Source: an uncultured Candidatus Saccharibacteria bacterium
Lineage (GTDB): Bacteria > Patescibacteriota > Saccharimonadia > Saccharimonadales > JBBQAJ01
NCBI GenBank assembly: GCA_964597925.1
Contig: CAZQZT010000001.1
Coordinates: forward strand, 13,629-77,628
Reading direction: 5' to 3'
DNA: 64,000 bases
The position numbers and the translations under genes are program-made. The notes beneath the pieces were generated by a model. The model was not told the DNA's origin, made no database searches, and saw only the letters and a program-made list of their open reading frames with translations. This document shows positions 23,529-32,187 of this stretch, piece after piece (position 1 is the stretch's first letter; every line of letters begins with the position of its first letter).

Positions 23529-25115
23529 CTAAAACTTCGCTGGACGTAAGATAAATTGTTTGGTTTTTGAAATTACTGCACGGGCCTCTTCAAGGTCAAA
23601 TAACGAAGACACCAGAACGTGTATTGCGAAAGTACTCAGAGTAATAGTACCAAGTTTTGCGCCTAGTGTAATAAATCCTGTGTCGGCTGTATTTAGCGGC
23701 AACAGACTAATCATCGTAAAGGCAGTTATTACATCGAAGCCCGTTACTGAAAGCATTTTGGCTATACCGCCCCAGAAATACGGATCTAGTAATCTTCTAT
23801 CTCTTACAATCATGATAAGCATCAATATGACCACCTCCACTGCTGCAACAATTGACTGAGCGGCAGCCAGGCCAACTAAACCATACGCCGAAGGACGTGA
23901 AAGCAAGTAAGCAAGTGTGACGTTTAAGGCTATGGCGAATAACGAGACAATCAGTGGAGTTTTAGTATCTTTTTGTGCATAAAACCAACGCGAAACCATT
24001 GCGTACACGGATCTAAAAAATATGGCAGCAGCAAAAAATCCAAACACCACGGCAATTTCTGGTGCGCTGTTTGTAAAAATTAACCGCGCAAAGTAGCCAC
24101 GGGAAAAATACGAAACAACAACTACGGGCAAAGTAATCCAAACTATAACTCTAAGTATCTGTAAAAATTCCTTCCGAAATAAATCACTACGTCCTTGGGC
24201 TAGCCTTTGGGTTAATTTGGGATATGCAGCCGTACTAATACTAATACCAATCAAAATAATGGGGGTAGTATGGAGAATGTAGGCATTTTCGTAATAACTA
24301 ATACTGCCTACACCAAGCCTAGCGGCAAAGTTAGTTTCTGCAATACTATTTATAGAATCAATACCTTGGTCAATTGACCGCGCAGGCAACAACCGAAGAA
24401 TTTTACGAAAGTCTGCACTGCGCCATAATATACTGGGATGCCAGTGAAAATTTGCACCTATGAGCCCAAAAGATACAACAATCAACTGAAGTACAGCACC
24501 GGCCATAGCACCAATACCTAGACCTACAATCCCTATATTATCTCTGAATATAAAGACACTCAGCATGATGGCTACGTTATAAAAAATTGGACCCGTTGCG
24601 TAGAAAAAGAACCTGCCAAACGTTTGTTGAGCGCCCGCCAGAATTCCAGATATAGTAAACAGTAAAGGGTTAAAAGATATACAGCGCATGATTGTGACCG
24701 CATTGTGTAGCTGTTCTGGTGTAAAAGAAGCAGGAACTAGGAGTTTAACTAAGGGTTCAGCAAATACAAACATAACTACGCCTACAATTGCCATGATAAT
24801 GGCTAGGAAATTCAAAAGACTGCTAGTCAAATCCCATACACCTTTTTTATCACCCCGCTCCAGGTGTTCGGACAGTATGGGTATAAATGCTACTCCCAGA
24901 GCTCCGGCCGCCAATGTATAAAAAAAGAAATCTGGAATCTTGAAAGCGGCAAAATACGCATCAGTGCTTTCTGCGCCAGTGACAGGAAAGTTGGCGTTTA
25001 CGATTTTATATCTTAAAAATCCAAGTACTTGACCAATTAAAGATATACCGAGAAGCAGCGTAGCTGCACCGCTGACGCCTAGCTTATTATTGGCACGCTT
25101 AATAAATCGGTTCAT
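23529..25115 (-). CDS. murJ: Lipid II flippase MurJ (MviN family)
   Basis: 528 aa, about 14 TM, N-terminus typical of MurJ (LGFLRYKIVNANF...SDAYFAAFKIPDFFF). Confidence 0.85.
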   Translation of the reverse strand: MNRFIKRANNKLGVSGAATLLLGISLIGQVLGFLRYKIVNANFPVTGAESTDAYFAAFKIPDFFFYTLAAGALGVAFIPILSEHLERGDKKGVWDLTSSLLNFLAIIMAIVGVVMFVFAEPLVKLLVPASFTPEQLHNAVTIMRCISFNPLLFTISGILAGAQQTFGRFFFYATGPIFYNVAIMLSVFIFRDNIGIVGLGIGAMAGAVLQLIVVSFGLIGANFHWHPSILWRSADFRKILRLLPARSIDQGIDSINSIAETNFAARLGVGSISYYENAYILHTTPIILIGISISTAAYPKLTQRLAQGRSDLFRKEFLQILRVIVWITLPVVVVSYFSRGYFARLIFTNSAPEIAVVFGFFAAAIFFRSVYAMVSRWFYAQKDTKTPLIVSLFAIALNVTLAYLLSRPSAYGLVGLAAAQSIVAAVEVVILMLIMIVRDRRLLDPYFWGGIAKMLSVTGFDVITAFTMISLLPLNTADTGFITLGAKLGTITLSTFAIHVLVSSLFDLEEARAVISKTKQFILRPAKF

Positions 25116-25400
25116 TCCTAATTAGTATAGAGGAACTACACTCTAGTAACTAGGTGTTATTTAGTTTAATTTTCATATATTAAGACTTGCCATAGTTAGT
25201 GCAACGCGTTGCACTTCAGAGCTGACTTTATTCAGCGGCTGATCTATTCTAAGTTGGTCGCATATATTTTAGACAAAATTAAATATATTGAACCTCTGCC
25301 CTAGCATAACCGTCAGTTTGAGCAGCAAGGAAGCGCTGTGCTAGTCTATCTCTAGCACTTTCTGGGTTTTCGGCAAACAATCTCTGCATAGCTAAAACCT

Positions 25401-27272
25401 TTAGTAGAGGGCGGCTTCTTTGGGCATCTTGGAACCTTTTAGGATTTCCAGGACTTGCTCAGCTTCTACTGTTTCTTTTTCTAATAGAGCATCTTTGAGT
25501 TGTTTAAGTTTATTCATGTTGGCTTTCATGACCATTCTGGCACGATTTGCTGCTTCAGTTATTAGCTCTTTTACTTCATCATCTATAATTTTGGCAGTTT
25601 CGTCAGAATATTGGCGTTCATGCATAACTCGCTCTAGCATAATACCTTCTTCTACGTGAAACACTTGGTCGCGAAGCTTTTTGCCCATGCCTTGGTTTAC
25701 TATCATTTCGCGGGCTAATTCTGCAGCTTTTTGTAGGTCACTACCAGCACCTGTGGTAACTCGGTCATTACCGTAAATTACTTCTTCTGCGATACGTCCC
25801 CCAAGCATACGAGCCAAAATATCTTTGTACTCAATCACACTGTGGTAACTTTTATCTTCTGGTGGGATAAACCACGTTACTCCACCAGTACCACCGCGCG
25901 GAATTATAGTTACTTTATGTACCATGTCGCTGTCTGGCAACACATGTCCAACTATGGCGTGCCCTGCTTCGTGATAGGCAGTCAGTTCTTTTTCTTTTTC
26001 GCTCATGATTTTTGACTTTCGCTCCGGGCCAATTGCTACTTTTTCAAATGCAGCCGTTACGTCGTTTTGAGTAATTGTTTTTCTGTTACTGCGAGCGGTA
26101 ATTATGGCAGCTTCGTTAGAAATGTTTGCCAAATCAGCACCGCTACTGCCGGCAGACTTAGCGGCCAGAGCATCTAAGTCCACGCCACTATCTATGGGTT
26201 TATTGGCAAAATGAACTTTTAGAATCGCCTCACGATCTTTGCGATCAGGCAGGTCAATGTTTACTCGACGGTCGAAACGACCAGGGCGAAGCAAGGCAGG
26301 ATCTAACACATCAGAGCGGTTAGTTGCCGCTAGTACGATTACATTTGTACCTTGCTCAAAGCCGTCCATTTCAACCAATATTTGGTTGAGGGTTTGTTCA
26401 CGCTCGTCGTGTCCGCCACCCATACCAGAACCGCGACGGCGACCAACGGCATCAATTTCATCTACAAATATTATGCATGGAGCATTTTTCTTGGCTTTGG
26501 CAAACAAATCACGTACCCGCGAAGCCCCGACTCCCACAAACATTTCTACAAACTCAGACCCAGAAATACTAAAAAACGGTACCCCTGCTTCGCCAGCTAC
26601 TGCTCGAGCTAGCATGGTTTTACCAGTTCCTGGAGGACCAACAAGCATGACACCTTTGGGGATTTTGGCACCTACAGTTTCGAATTTTTTTGGAAATTTC
26701 AAAAACTCTACAATCTCCTCAAGGTCTTGTTTGGCTTCTTCAGACCCAGCGATTTCTTTAAAAGTCATTTTGTCTTTTTCGTTGCCATAAAGCCGAGCAC
26801 GGCTTTTGCCAAAACTCATTGCTTGGTTACCCTGGCCCTGGGCGCTTTTAAGCATAAAAAACAACAAAAAGCCTATGAGCAGAACTGGAAGTATTGATAT
26901 ACCCAAATTAGTCCAGGTAGCACCGCTGTTTGACTCTGGCTTAATTATTACTTGTACGTCTTTGTTTGCGAGGCCTTGTTCGTAAATGCTGGAGCCTGGT
27001 TCTTTTCTAGAAATATCTGAGGGCTCTTTGTCATCTTTGTCAGTAAATATTCGCAGTTCTTCGCCAACAACCTCAATCTTTTCAATCTCGCCGGCATTGG
27101 CCTGTTTGATAACATCATTAAAGGGAAGTTGTTGTTTGGCGGGCGGTTGAGCAAAACTAGCCCAGACAATCAAACCAAATAACGCCAAAAGCGCCACAAA
27201 ACCAAAATTTTTCAGACCACCGCGTCCATTTTTTTTACCGCCAGCGTTATTCTTGAAGGGTTTCTTGTCCAT
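25401..27272 (-). CDS. ftsH: ATP-dependent zinc metalloprotease FtsH
   Basis: Walker [12 protein letters not shown] region, HEAGHA zinc motif, two N-terminal TM helices. Confidence 0.97.
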   Translation of the reverse strand: MDKKPFKNNAGGKKNGRGGLKNFGFVALLALFGLIVWASFAQPPAKQQLPFNDVIKQANAGEIEKIEVVGEELRIFTDKDDKEPSDISRKEPGSSIYEQGLANKDVQVIIKPESNSGATWTNLGISILPVLLIGFLLFFMLKSAQGQGNQAMSFGKSRARLYGNEKDKMTFKEIAGSEEAKQDLEEIVEFLKFPKKFETVGAKIPKGVMLVGPPGTGKTMLARAVAGEAGVPFFSISGSEFVEMFVGVGASRVRDLFAKAKKNAPCIIFVDEIDAVGRRRGSGMGGGHDEREQTLNQILVEMDGFEQGTNVIVLAATNRSDVLDPALLRPGRFDRRVNIDLPDRKDREAILKVHFANKPIDSGVDLDALAAKSAGSSGADLANISNEAAIITARSNRKTITQNDVTAAFEKVAIGPERKSKIMSEKEKELTAYHEAGHAIVGHVLPDSDMVHKVTIIPRGGTGGVTWFIPPEDKSYHSVIEYKDILARMLGGRIAEEVIYGNDRVTTGAGSDLQKAAELAREMIVNQGMGKKLRDQVFHVEEGIMLERVMHERQYSDETAKIIDDEVKELITEAANRARMVMKANMNKLKQLKDALLEKETVEAEQVLEILKGSKMPKEAALY

Positions 27273-27308
27273 GCGTAGATGTATTATACATAATCCTATA
27301 GATGAATT

Positions 27309-28196
27309 CTAGCGCTCTCTAGCTCTGAGTGCTAGCGAGTATTTATTTATTTGTAGCTGGTACTGGCTATCGACGTCAATTTTTTGTCCACCGTGTCCTG
27401 TTTTCATTGCTACAATTAATCTTTCTATAGTTTTTTTAGTTACGTCTTTCACTCCATGCTGGCGCAACCACGTATGCAAAACGTCTTTGGCAACTTCGTG
27501 TGGAAGATGAATAAACCAGGCTCTGTCTAACACGTTAGTTGCGGGCTGTGTATGCAAAAGTCCAACCATGCGATTATCCAACTCATCATTTATTGTCCTA
27601 AGTTCTTCCAGTAATATTACGAACTGGGCTCGTTGTCCATCAGAAAACTTCGGGATTACATTGGCTCGAATATAATTTCTTGCATAAGAGACATCTTGAT
27701 TGCTGCTGTCTTCTCTCCAGGGTACCGCATGATCCAGAGCATATTCGCGAATCTGTTCTTTATTGTGTCCGAGTAATGGACGAACTAAACCGTCAGTAGT
27801 TTTCAGTGACGTCAGCCCTCTGCGCCCGCTGCCACGCATTAAATTCATAACAGCTGTTTCCAGAGCGTCATCTTGATGATGTGCCGTTATGATTGCTTTT
27901 GCTCCACTAGCATTTTGCACACTTCGTAAAAACCCATAGCGTGCCGTGCGTGCCTTTGCTTCGCTTGTACCGGCTCCGAGATTACCGTTTTTGTACACAA
28001 ATATAAGGCAGTGTTTTTTGGCAAAACTCTGCACGAGTTTTCTATCTTGTATGGAGTCATTCCGAATACCGTGGTCAAAATGGGCAACAACCAATTTCAT
28101 ATCCCGCCTCTGGCGCAATATATCAAGCAACACCATAGAATCCACGCCACCACTAACAGCTACAATATAAGTTCCCGCACCCACCGAAATTCTCAT
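27309..28196 (-). CDS. tilS: tRNA(Ile)-lysidine synthase TilS
   Basis: PP-loop VAVSGGVDSMVL, HFDHGIR, 295 aa. Classic position next to ftsH. Confidence 0.9.
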   Translation of the reverse strand: MRISVGAGTYIVAVSGGVDSMVLLDILRQRRDMKLVVAHFDHGIRNDSIQDRKLVQSFAKKHCLIFVYKNGNLGAGTSEAKARTARYGFLRSVQNASGAKAIITAHHQDDALETAVMNLMRGSGRRGLTSLKTTDGLVRPLLGHNKEQIREYALDHAVPWREDSSNQDVSYARNYIRANVIPKFSDGQRAQFVILLEELRTINDELDNRMVGLLHTQPATNVLDRAWFIHLPHEVAKDVLHTWLRQHGVKDVTKKTIERLIVAMKTGHGGQKIDVDSQYQLQINKYSLALRARER

Positions 28197-28418
28197 ATAC
28201 TTATACTACTATGTACGCGTATCTAGAGCGATGTATTCTTATCAAGAAACTGATTCACGTGGCATAAAGTTGTTTTAACCTATGCATTTTAGTAGTAGCC
28301 TGACTGTTTCAGTATTTGTAAACAGCGGAATATGGTTAGCTATAGCCAATCGTGATTTGTAAACGCCGCTAAGCAACATTAATCATTGACTAGTGGTGTA
28401 GTGGATAACTATGCGGTC

Positions 28419-28443
28419 GTCAACAGATATAAAACATGGTATA
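28419..28443 (+). repeat. 25-nt direct repeat R1 (promoter-like) upstream of the TauE gene
   Basis: GTCAACAGATATAAAACATGGTATA. Matches 29233-29257 at 23 of 25 positions and contains a TGGTATATT -10-like box. Confidence 0.7.
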
Positions 28444-28474
28444 TTTATGGACATAAGCTTTATAAAATAAAAAT

Positions 28475-29233
28475 ATGCAACATTTTCTACTACTATTTAT
28501 ACCTGGCGTCATAGGCGGCATGATAAATGCCATAGCCGGAGGTGGAGGTATCATTATGTACCCTGCGCTTTTAGCATTTGGTTTGCCACCTATCATAGCA
28601 AATACCACTAGTAGTTTTATAGTCTGGCCCGGCAGTCTTACTTCTGCCTACGGATATAGAAGAGATTTGCGGAAAGTTCCCAAAAAGTTTTTGTGGATGG
28701 CTGTACCTTCTGTAACTGGGTCATTAATCGGTGCCTATATATTGATACATACTCCTACTGCAAAGTTTGAGCAGATAGTTCCTTGGCTAATTCTTTCTGC
28801 TGTAATCTTGCTTGCCACACAATCACGCATTCATCGTTTCTTAATGAAACAAACCAAAAAGCGCAAAATTCACTGGCACACTATGCCGTTAATATTGCTT
28901 GCAACGTTTCCCCTCGCTGTTTATGGGGGTTATTTTGGCGCCGGTTTTGGACTTATGATGTTGGCCCTGTTGGGATTTTCTGGATTAAAAAATATATACC
29001 AGATGAATGGCGTAAAAAATCTTGTGGGTGCAACTATGGCCATGACGGCAACCATATACTTTTGGCATAACGGCATGGTTGATTGGTCTGCTGGTCTTAC
29101 TATGGCTTTTGGTACAGCAATTGGTGGTTTTACCGGTGCCCGTCTAACCAAAAAAATCTCTGCACATTTGGTACATGATTTGACAGTAGCAATCGGTCTA
29201 ATAATTGCCATCGTATTGTTGGTGAATTCCTAG
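28475..29233 (+). CDS. TauE/SafE (TSUP) family anion exporter
   Basis: 252 aa, 7-8 TM, GGGGIIMYPALLAFGLPP and GAGFGLMMLALL motifs. TAAAAT box ends 6 nt before the ATG. Confidence 0.75.
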   Translation: MQHFLLLFIPGVIGGMINAIAGGGGIIMYPALLAFGLPPIIANTTSSFIVWPGSLTSAYGYRRDLRKVPKKFLWMAVPSVTGSLIGAYILIHTPTAKFEQIVPWLILSAVILLATQSRIHRFLMKQTKKRKIHWHTMPLILLATFPLAVYGGYFGAGFGLMMLALLGFSGLKNIYQMNGVKNLVGATMAMTATIYFWHNGMVDWSAGLTMAFGTAIGGFTGARLTKKISAHLVHDLTVAIGLIIAIVLLVNS

Positions 29234-29259
29234 TCAACAGATACAAAACATGGTACAAT
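29233..29259 (+). promoter_or_regulatory. Direct repeat R2 / extended -10 promoter for leader RNA plus tRNA
   Basis: GTCAACAGATACAAAACATGGTACAAT with TGGTACAAT at 29251-29259. Starts within the TauE stop codon. Confidence 0.55.
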
Positions 29260-29286
29260 CACCCCTGTCTTCGACCTTCATTTAGG

Positions 29287-29368
29287 AAAAAGAATAGCTC
29301 GGTATGGTCTGCTAAGCAGACTCGGCTTTGCCGACCGAGCGATGATAAAAACCTTTGGTTTGTCTCAT
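29287..29368 (+). ncRNA. Structured leader element, copy 2, ends 5 nt before the tRNA
   Basis: AAAAAGAATA, then GCTCGG...CCGAGC enclosing GTCTGC-taa-GCAGAC and TCGGC-ttt-GCCGA, then GATGATAAAAACC-ttt-GGTTTGTCTCAT. The P2 stem shows a U-A to C-G swap relative to copy 1. Confidence 0.55.
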
Positions 29369-29373
29369 ACCAA

Positions 29374-29450
29374 GGCGGCATAGCTCAGATGGTTAGAGCG
29401 CAGGACTCATAAGCCTGAGGTCACTGGTTCGATCCCAGTTGCCGCTACCA
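29374..29450 (+). tRNA. tRNA with CAU anticodon (elongator Met or Ile2), CCA encoded
   Basis: GGCGGCA / GCTC-AGATGGTTA-GAGC / CAGGA-CTCATAA-GCCTG / AGGTC / ACTGG-TTCGATC-CCAGT / TGCCGCT-A-CCA. G1-U72 wobble and an A31-G39 mismatch. Confidence 0.85.
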
Positions 29451-29459
29451 AAATAAACG

Positions 29460-29485
29460 CCCATCGCAAGATGGGTTTTTGTTTT
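29460..29485 (+). terminator. Rho-independent terminator after the tRNA
   Basis: CCCATC-gcaa-GATGGG then TTTTTGTTTT. Confidence 0.75.
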
Positions 29486-29503
29486 ACTTTGAGCAGTCTG
29501 CAT

Positions 29504-29540
29504 AAAGAGAGTCCCGATTTGCACCGGGACTCTCTTGTTT
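29504..29540. terminator. Strong 12-bp hairpin, probable bidirectional terminator
   Basis: AAGAGAGTCCCG-atttgcac-CGGGACTCTCTT followed by GTTTTC. On the minus strand it follows the micro-ORF ending at 29542. Confidence 0.55.
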
Positions 29541-29541
29541 T

Positions 29542-29640
29542 CTAGGCGCTAATCAAAATCAAGCGTCTTGATTTGACACGACGTAGTTTCAGGTGTTTTC
29601 CACTTGATTTGTTGTACGGTGTGATGTCTTGTATTAACAC
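29542..29640 (-). CDS. Candidate 32-aa basic micro-ORF downstream of leader copy A
   Basis: Minus strand AGGAGG, 10 nt, GTG. Translation MLIQDITPYNKSSGKHLKLRRVKSRRLILISA. Below the ORF-track cutoff. Confidence 0.3.
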   Translation of the reverse strand: MLIQDITPYNKSSGKHLKLRRVKSRRLILISA

Positions 29641-29666
29641 GCTATATTTCCCTCCTTTTTTGGGAA

Positions 29667-29737
29667 GTGAGACAAACTTATGGTTTATCTCATTGCTCAG
29701 AGGAAAATGAAATACATTTGTTCTCTGGCTTCTTTTT
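29667..29737 (-). ncRNA. Structured leader element, copy A (minus strand, short subtype)
   Basis: The reverse complement reads AAAAAGAAGC, then CAGAG-aac-AAATG-tattt-CATTT-tc-CTCTG-AGC, then AATGAGATAAACC-ataa-GTTTGTCTCAC. A U-G wobble replaces the A-G mismatch of the terminal hairpin. Confidence 0.5.
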
Positions 29738-29766
29738 CCCTTTTAGTTTTATGTGTCTATTACGAA

Positions 29767-29862
29767 TTAGTCATTTAGCATGGCATCTATTTGTAATAGT
29801 TGTTCGTCGGTTGTGGGTATTAATTCATACGCCAGTCCCCCATTAAGTGACAATACACTCAC
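29767..29862 (-). CDS. Candidate 31-aa acidic micro-ORF downstream of leader copy B
   Basis: Minus strand AAAGGA, 6 nt, GTG. Translation MSVLSLNGGLAYELIPTTDEQLLQIDAMLND. Confidence 0.3.
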   Translation of the reverse strand: MSVLSLNGGLAYELIPTTDEQLLQIDAMLND

Positions 29863-29882
29863 TAGATTTCCTTTCTACTAAG

Positions 29883-29954
29883 CACGAGACAAACCTTACG
29901 GTTTTTCTCATCGCGCCGGCAAAATGGAATACATTTTGGCGTGCTGCTCTTTTA
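29883..29954 (-). ncRNA. Structured leader element, copy B (minus strand, short subtype)
   Basis: The reverse complement reads AAAAGAGCAGCA, then CGCC-AAAATG-tattc-CATTTT-gcc-GGCG, then ATGAGAAAAACC-gtaa-GGTTTGTCTCGT (GUAA tetraloop). Confidence 0.5.
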
Positions 29955-30021
29955 CCTTATTTATATTTTATGTTTGTTTAGATGAGAAGCGAGACATCCT
30001 TTGCGAGCTGGATTTCTCTAT

Positions 30022-30043
30022 ATAATCTGGTTAACCAGATTAT
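30022..30043. promoter_or_regulatory. Perfect 22-bp palindrome overlapping a TATAAT box
   Basis: ATAATCTGGTTAACCAGATTAT equals its own reverse complement. TATAAT lies at 30021-30026. Confidence 0.5.
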
Positions 30044-30306
30044 TGCTTCCTATCAGAACGAATGTTTGTGTTAAAGCTTCAACACTACGTATTATACATG
30101 ATGTTGCTTGTTTGTCAATATAGTTATACTTACTGCTTACACAAACTTGTTGCTTATGCACCTCTATTGTGCTTAAATACGCATGCAGGTTCCTTATCTG
30201 TTAGGTAACAGTTCGATATGTTCCTTGGTACATGGTGATCAGGCGTTCGATAGTTCGTTAGCAATAAGTGGTCGTACCTGATCATTAATAATAAAGGAAT
30301 ATATAC

Positions 30307-30612
30307 ATGTACAAATTATTTGTAGGTGGTTTACCTTTCAGCACAACCGATGATGAGCTAGCCCAAGTTTTTGGCGCTCACGGTACTGTAGCTAGCGCCA
30401 AAGTCATCACTGACCGCGACACTGGCCGTAGTAAAGGTTTCGGCTTTGTCGAATTCGAAAACGACGAAGAAGGCAAAACAGCTGAAAAGGAACTCAATGG
30501 AAGCGACATGGGTGGCCGTAGCATTACAGTCAACGAAGCGCGTCCAAAAGAGGATCGTCCTCGACGTGACTTCGGTGGCGGCGGTGGCGGCGGTGGAAAC
30601 CGTAGCTGGTAA
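30307..30612 (+). CDS. RRM-type RNA-binding protein with Gly-rich tail
   Basis: RNP2 KLFVGGLPF and RNP1 KGFGFVEF, C-terminal GGGGGGGGNRSW, 101 aa. Confidence 0.9.
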   Translation: MYKLFVGGLPFSTTDDELAQVFGAHGTVASAKVITDRDTGRSKGFGFVEFENDEEGKTAEKELNGSDMGGRSITVNEARPKEDRPRRDFGGGGGGGGNRSW

Positions 30613-30631
30613 TTAATTACCAAACCTAGAA

Positions 30632-30658
30632 AGACTCCCTTTTAGGGAGTCTTTTTTA
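30632..30658 (+). terminator. Rho-independent terminator of the RRM gene
   Basis: AGACTCCC-tttta-GGGAGTCT then TTTTTAT. Confidence 0.8.
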
Positions 30659-30660
30659 TA

Positions 30661-30673
30661 TTAAGCATAAGCT
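30661..30673 (-). repeat. Inverted exact copy of the tRNA-Lys junction core
   Basis: TTAAGCATAAGCT is the reverse complement of AGCTTATGCTTAA at 2663-2675 (13 of 13). Confidence 0.7.
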
Positions 30674-30677
30674 AATG

Positions 30678-30706
30678 TTGACATATATTTGCACAAAAGG
30701 TAAACT
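30678..30706 (+). promoter_or_regulatory. Promoter of the rpf-like gene (about 165-nt leader follows)
   Basis: TTGACA (30678-30683), 17 nt, TAAACT (30701-30706). Confidence 0.55.
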
Positions 30707-30861
30707 AGATTTTCGTGTCTTTTTTGCCTACGCGGGCGCAAAGACATGGACACCTACCTGGACTAACGTCCAACCAAAATAGAATCTAATAACAGTTAAA
30801 CTTACATGCACTCGCTAGCGCGAAGGTATGTAAACCGTTGTGGCTTTTCAGGGGGTTTTAG

Positions 30862-31542
<681 letters not shown>

Positions 31543-31549
31543 CCTAACA

Positions 31550-31578
31550 TTGACAGTTCCACCTCTGTTTGCTAATAT
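31550..31578 (+). promoter_or_regulatory. Promoter of the initiator-like tRNA
   Basis: TTGACA (31550-31555), 17 nt, TAATAT (31573-31578). Confidence 0.6.
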
Positions 31579-31603
31579 GTAGATTCGCTTTTAGCGAACC
31601 TAC

Positions 31604-31678
31604 CGCGGGGTAGAGCAGTGGCAGCTCGTGTGGCTCATAACCACAAGGTCGCAGGTTCGAGTCCTGCCCCCGCTACCA
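31604..31678 (+). tRNA. Initiator-like tRNA-fMet (CAU), CCA encoded
   Basis: CGCGGGG...CCCCGCT-A-CCA gives a 1:72 mismatch (C1/U72) and an A11:U24 pair. Close overall to the E. coli initiator as I recall it. The anticodon stem TGTGG/CCACA has only two G-C pairs next to the loop. Confidence 0.75.
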
Positions 31679-31679
31679 A

Positions 31680-32184
31680 GTGAGAGTTTTTGACCGCTAC
31701 GGCGGTCTTTTTCTTTGGTGCGTATCTGTAAAGCTCGCTTATTTCCGAGGTTCCAAACTGATGGTTAGTTGAGTCATAGACCACACCCCTTGGGAACAAC
31801 ATGCTTTGGAACCTATATTGATTATCCAGGTCGGATGACTTCCACTGTTTGTGTACTTTATGCATAACATTAATAGCCAGCTCTATGTCACTCTCTCGAA
31901 TTTGCTGTTGCTGTTCTAGGCTTTCAAGCTCTGCCGACCTATCTATTTTTTGCTCATCAAGGCTGGCTAAGTATTCGTCTTTCTCACTTTCTGTAATGGT
32001 TCCCTCTATGAATTTATTGACAGCCTTACTTCGTTTTTCAGAAACATCATCCAAGGCTTTTCTAGCTCTCGATATTCGTATGTTCAGATTATCCAACGAT
32101 GCATTAGCCTCTTTTATGAGTACCTGCAACTCCTCAATAAGTATGTTCCAATTCGAATGAACGGTGTTCAAAATTAAGTCATTA
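31680..32184 (-). pseudogene. Large serine recombinase remnant (C-terminal coiled-coil region only)
   Basis: HSNWNILIEELQ...KFIEGTITESEKDEYLASLDEQKIDRSAELESLE...KQWKSSDLDNQYRFQSMLFPRGVVYD resembles the C-terminal third of large serine recombinases. The catalytic N-terminus is absent. ORF 31635..32321 reads through into the tRNA and overlaps the next gene. Confidence 0.55.
31692..31712 (+). terminator. Rho-independent terminator after the tRNA
   Basis: GACCGC-tacg-GCGGTC then TTTTTC. Confidence 0.75.
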
Positions 32185-32187
32185 CTA

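Noticed and set aside
25279-25389. A 36-codon minus-strand ORF right after the ftsH stop (MQRLFAENPESARDRLAQRFLAAQTDGYARAEVQYI), and the 16-bp perfect palindrome GTGCAACGCGTTGCAC at 25198-25213.
   Set aside because: The ORF has only a weak AAGG upstream and no other support. The palindrome is isolated with no adjacent promoter I could define. Both are noted but not called.
28313-28377. Two ATTTGTAAAC(A/G)(G/C)CG(G/C) direct repeats in the tilS/TauE divergent region, considered as a regulator binding site.
   Set aside because: They are short (about 13 nt) with mismatches, and there is no associated regulator or palindromic symmetry. The evidence is insufficient.
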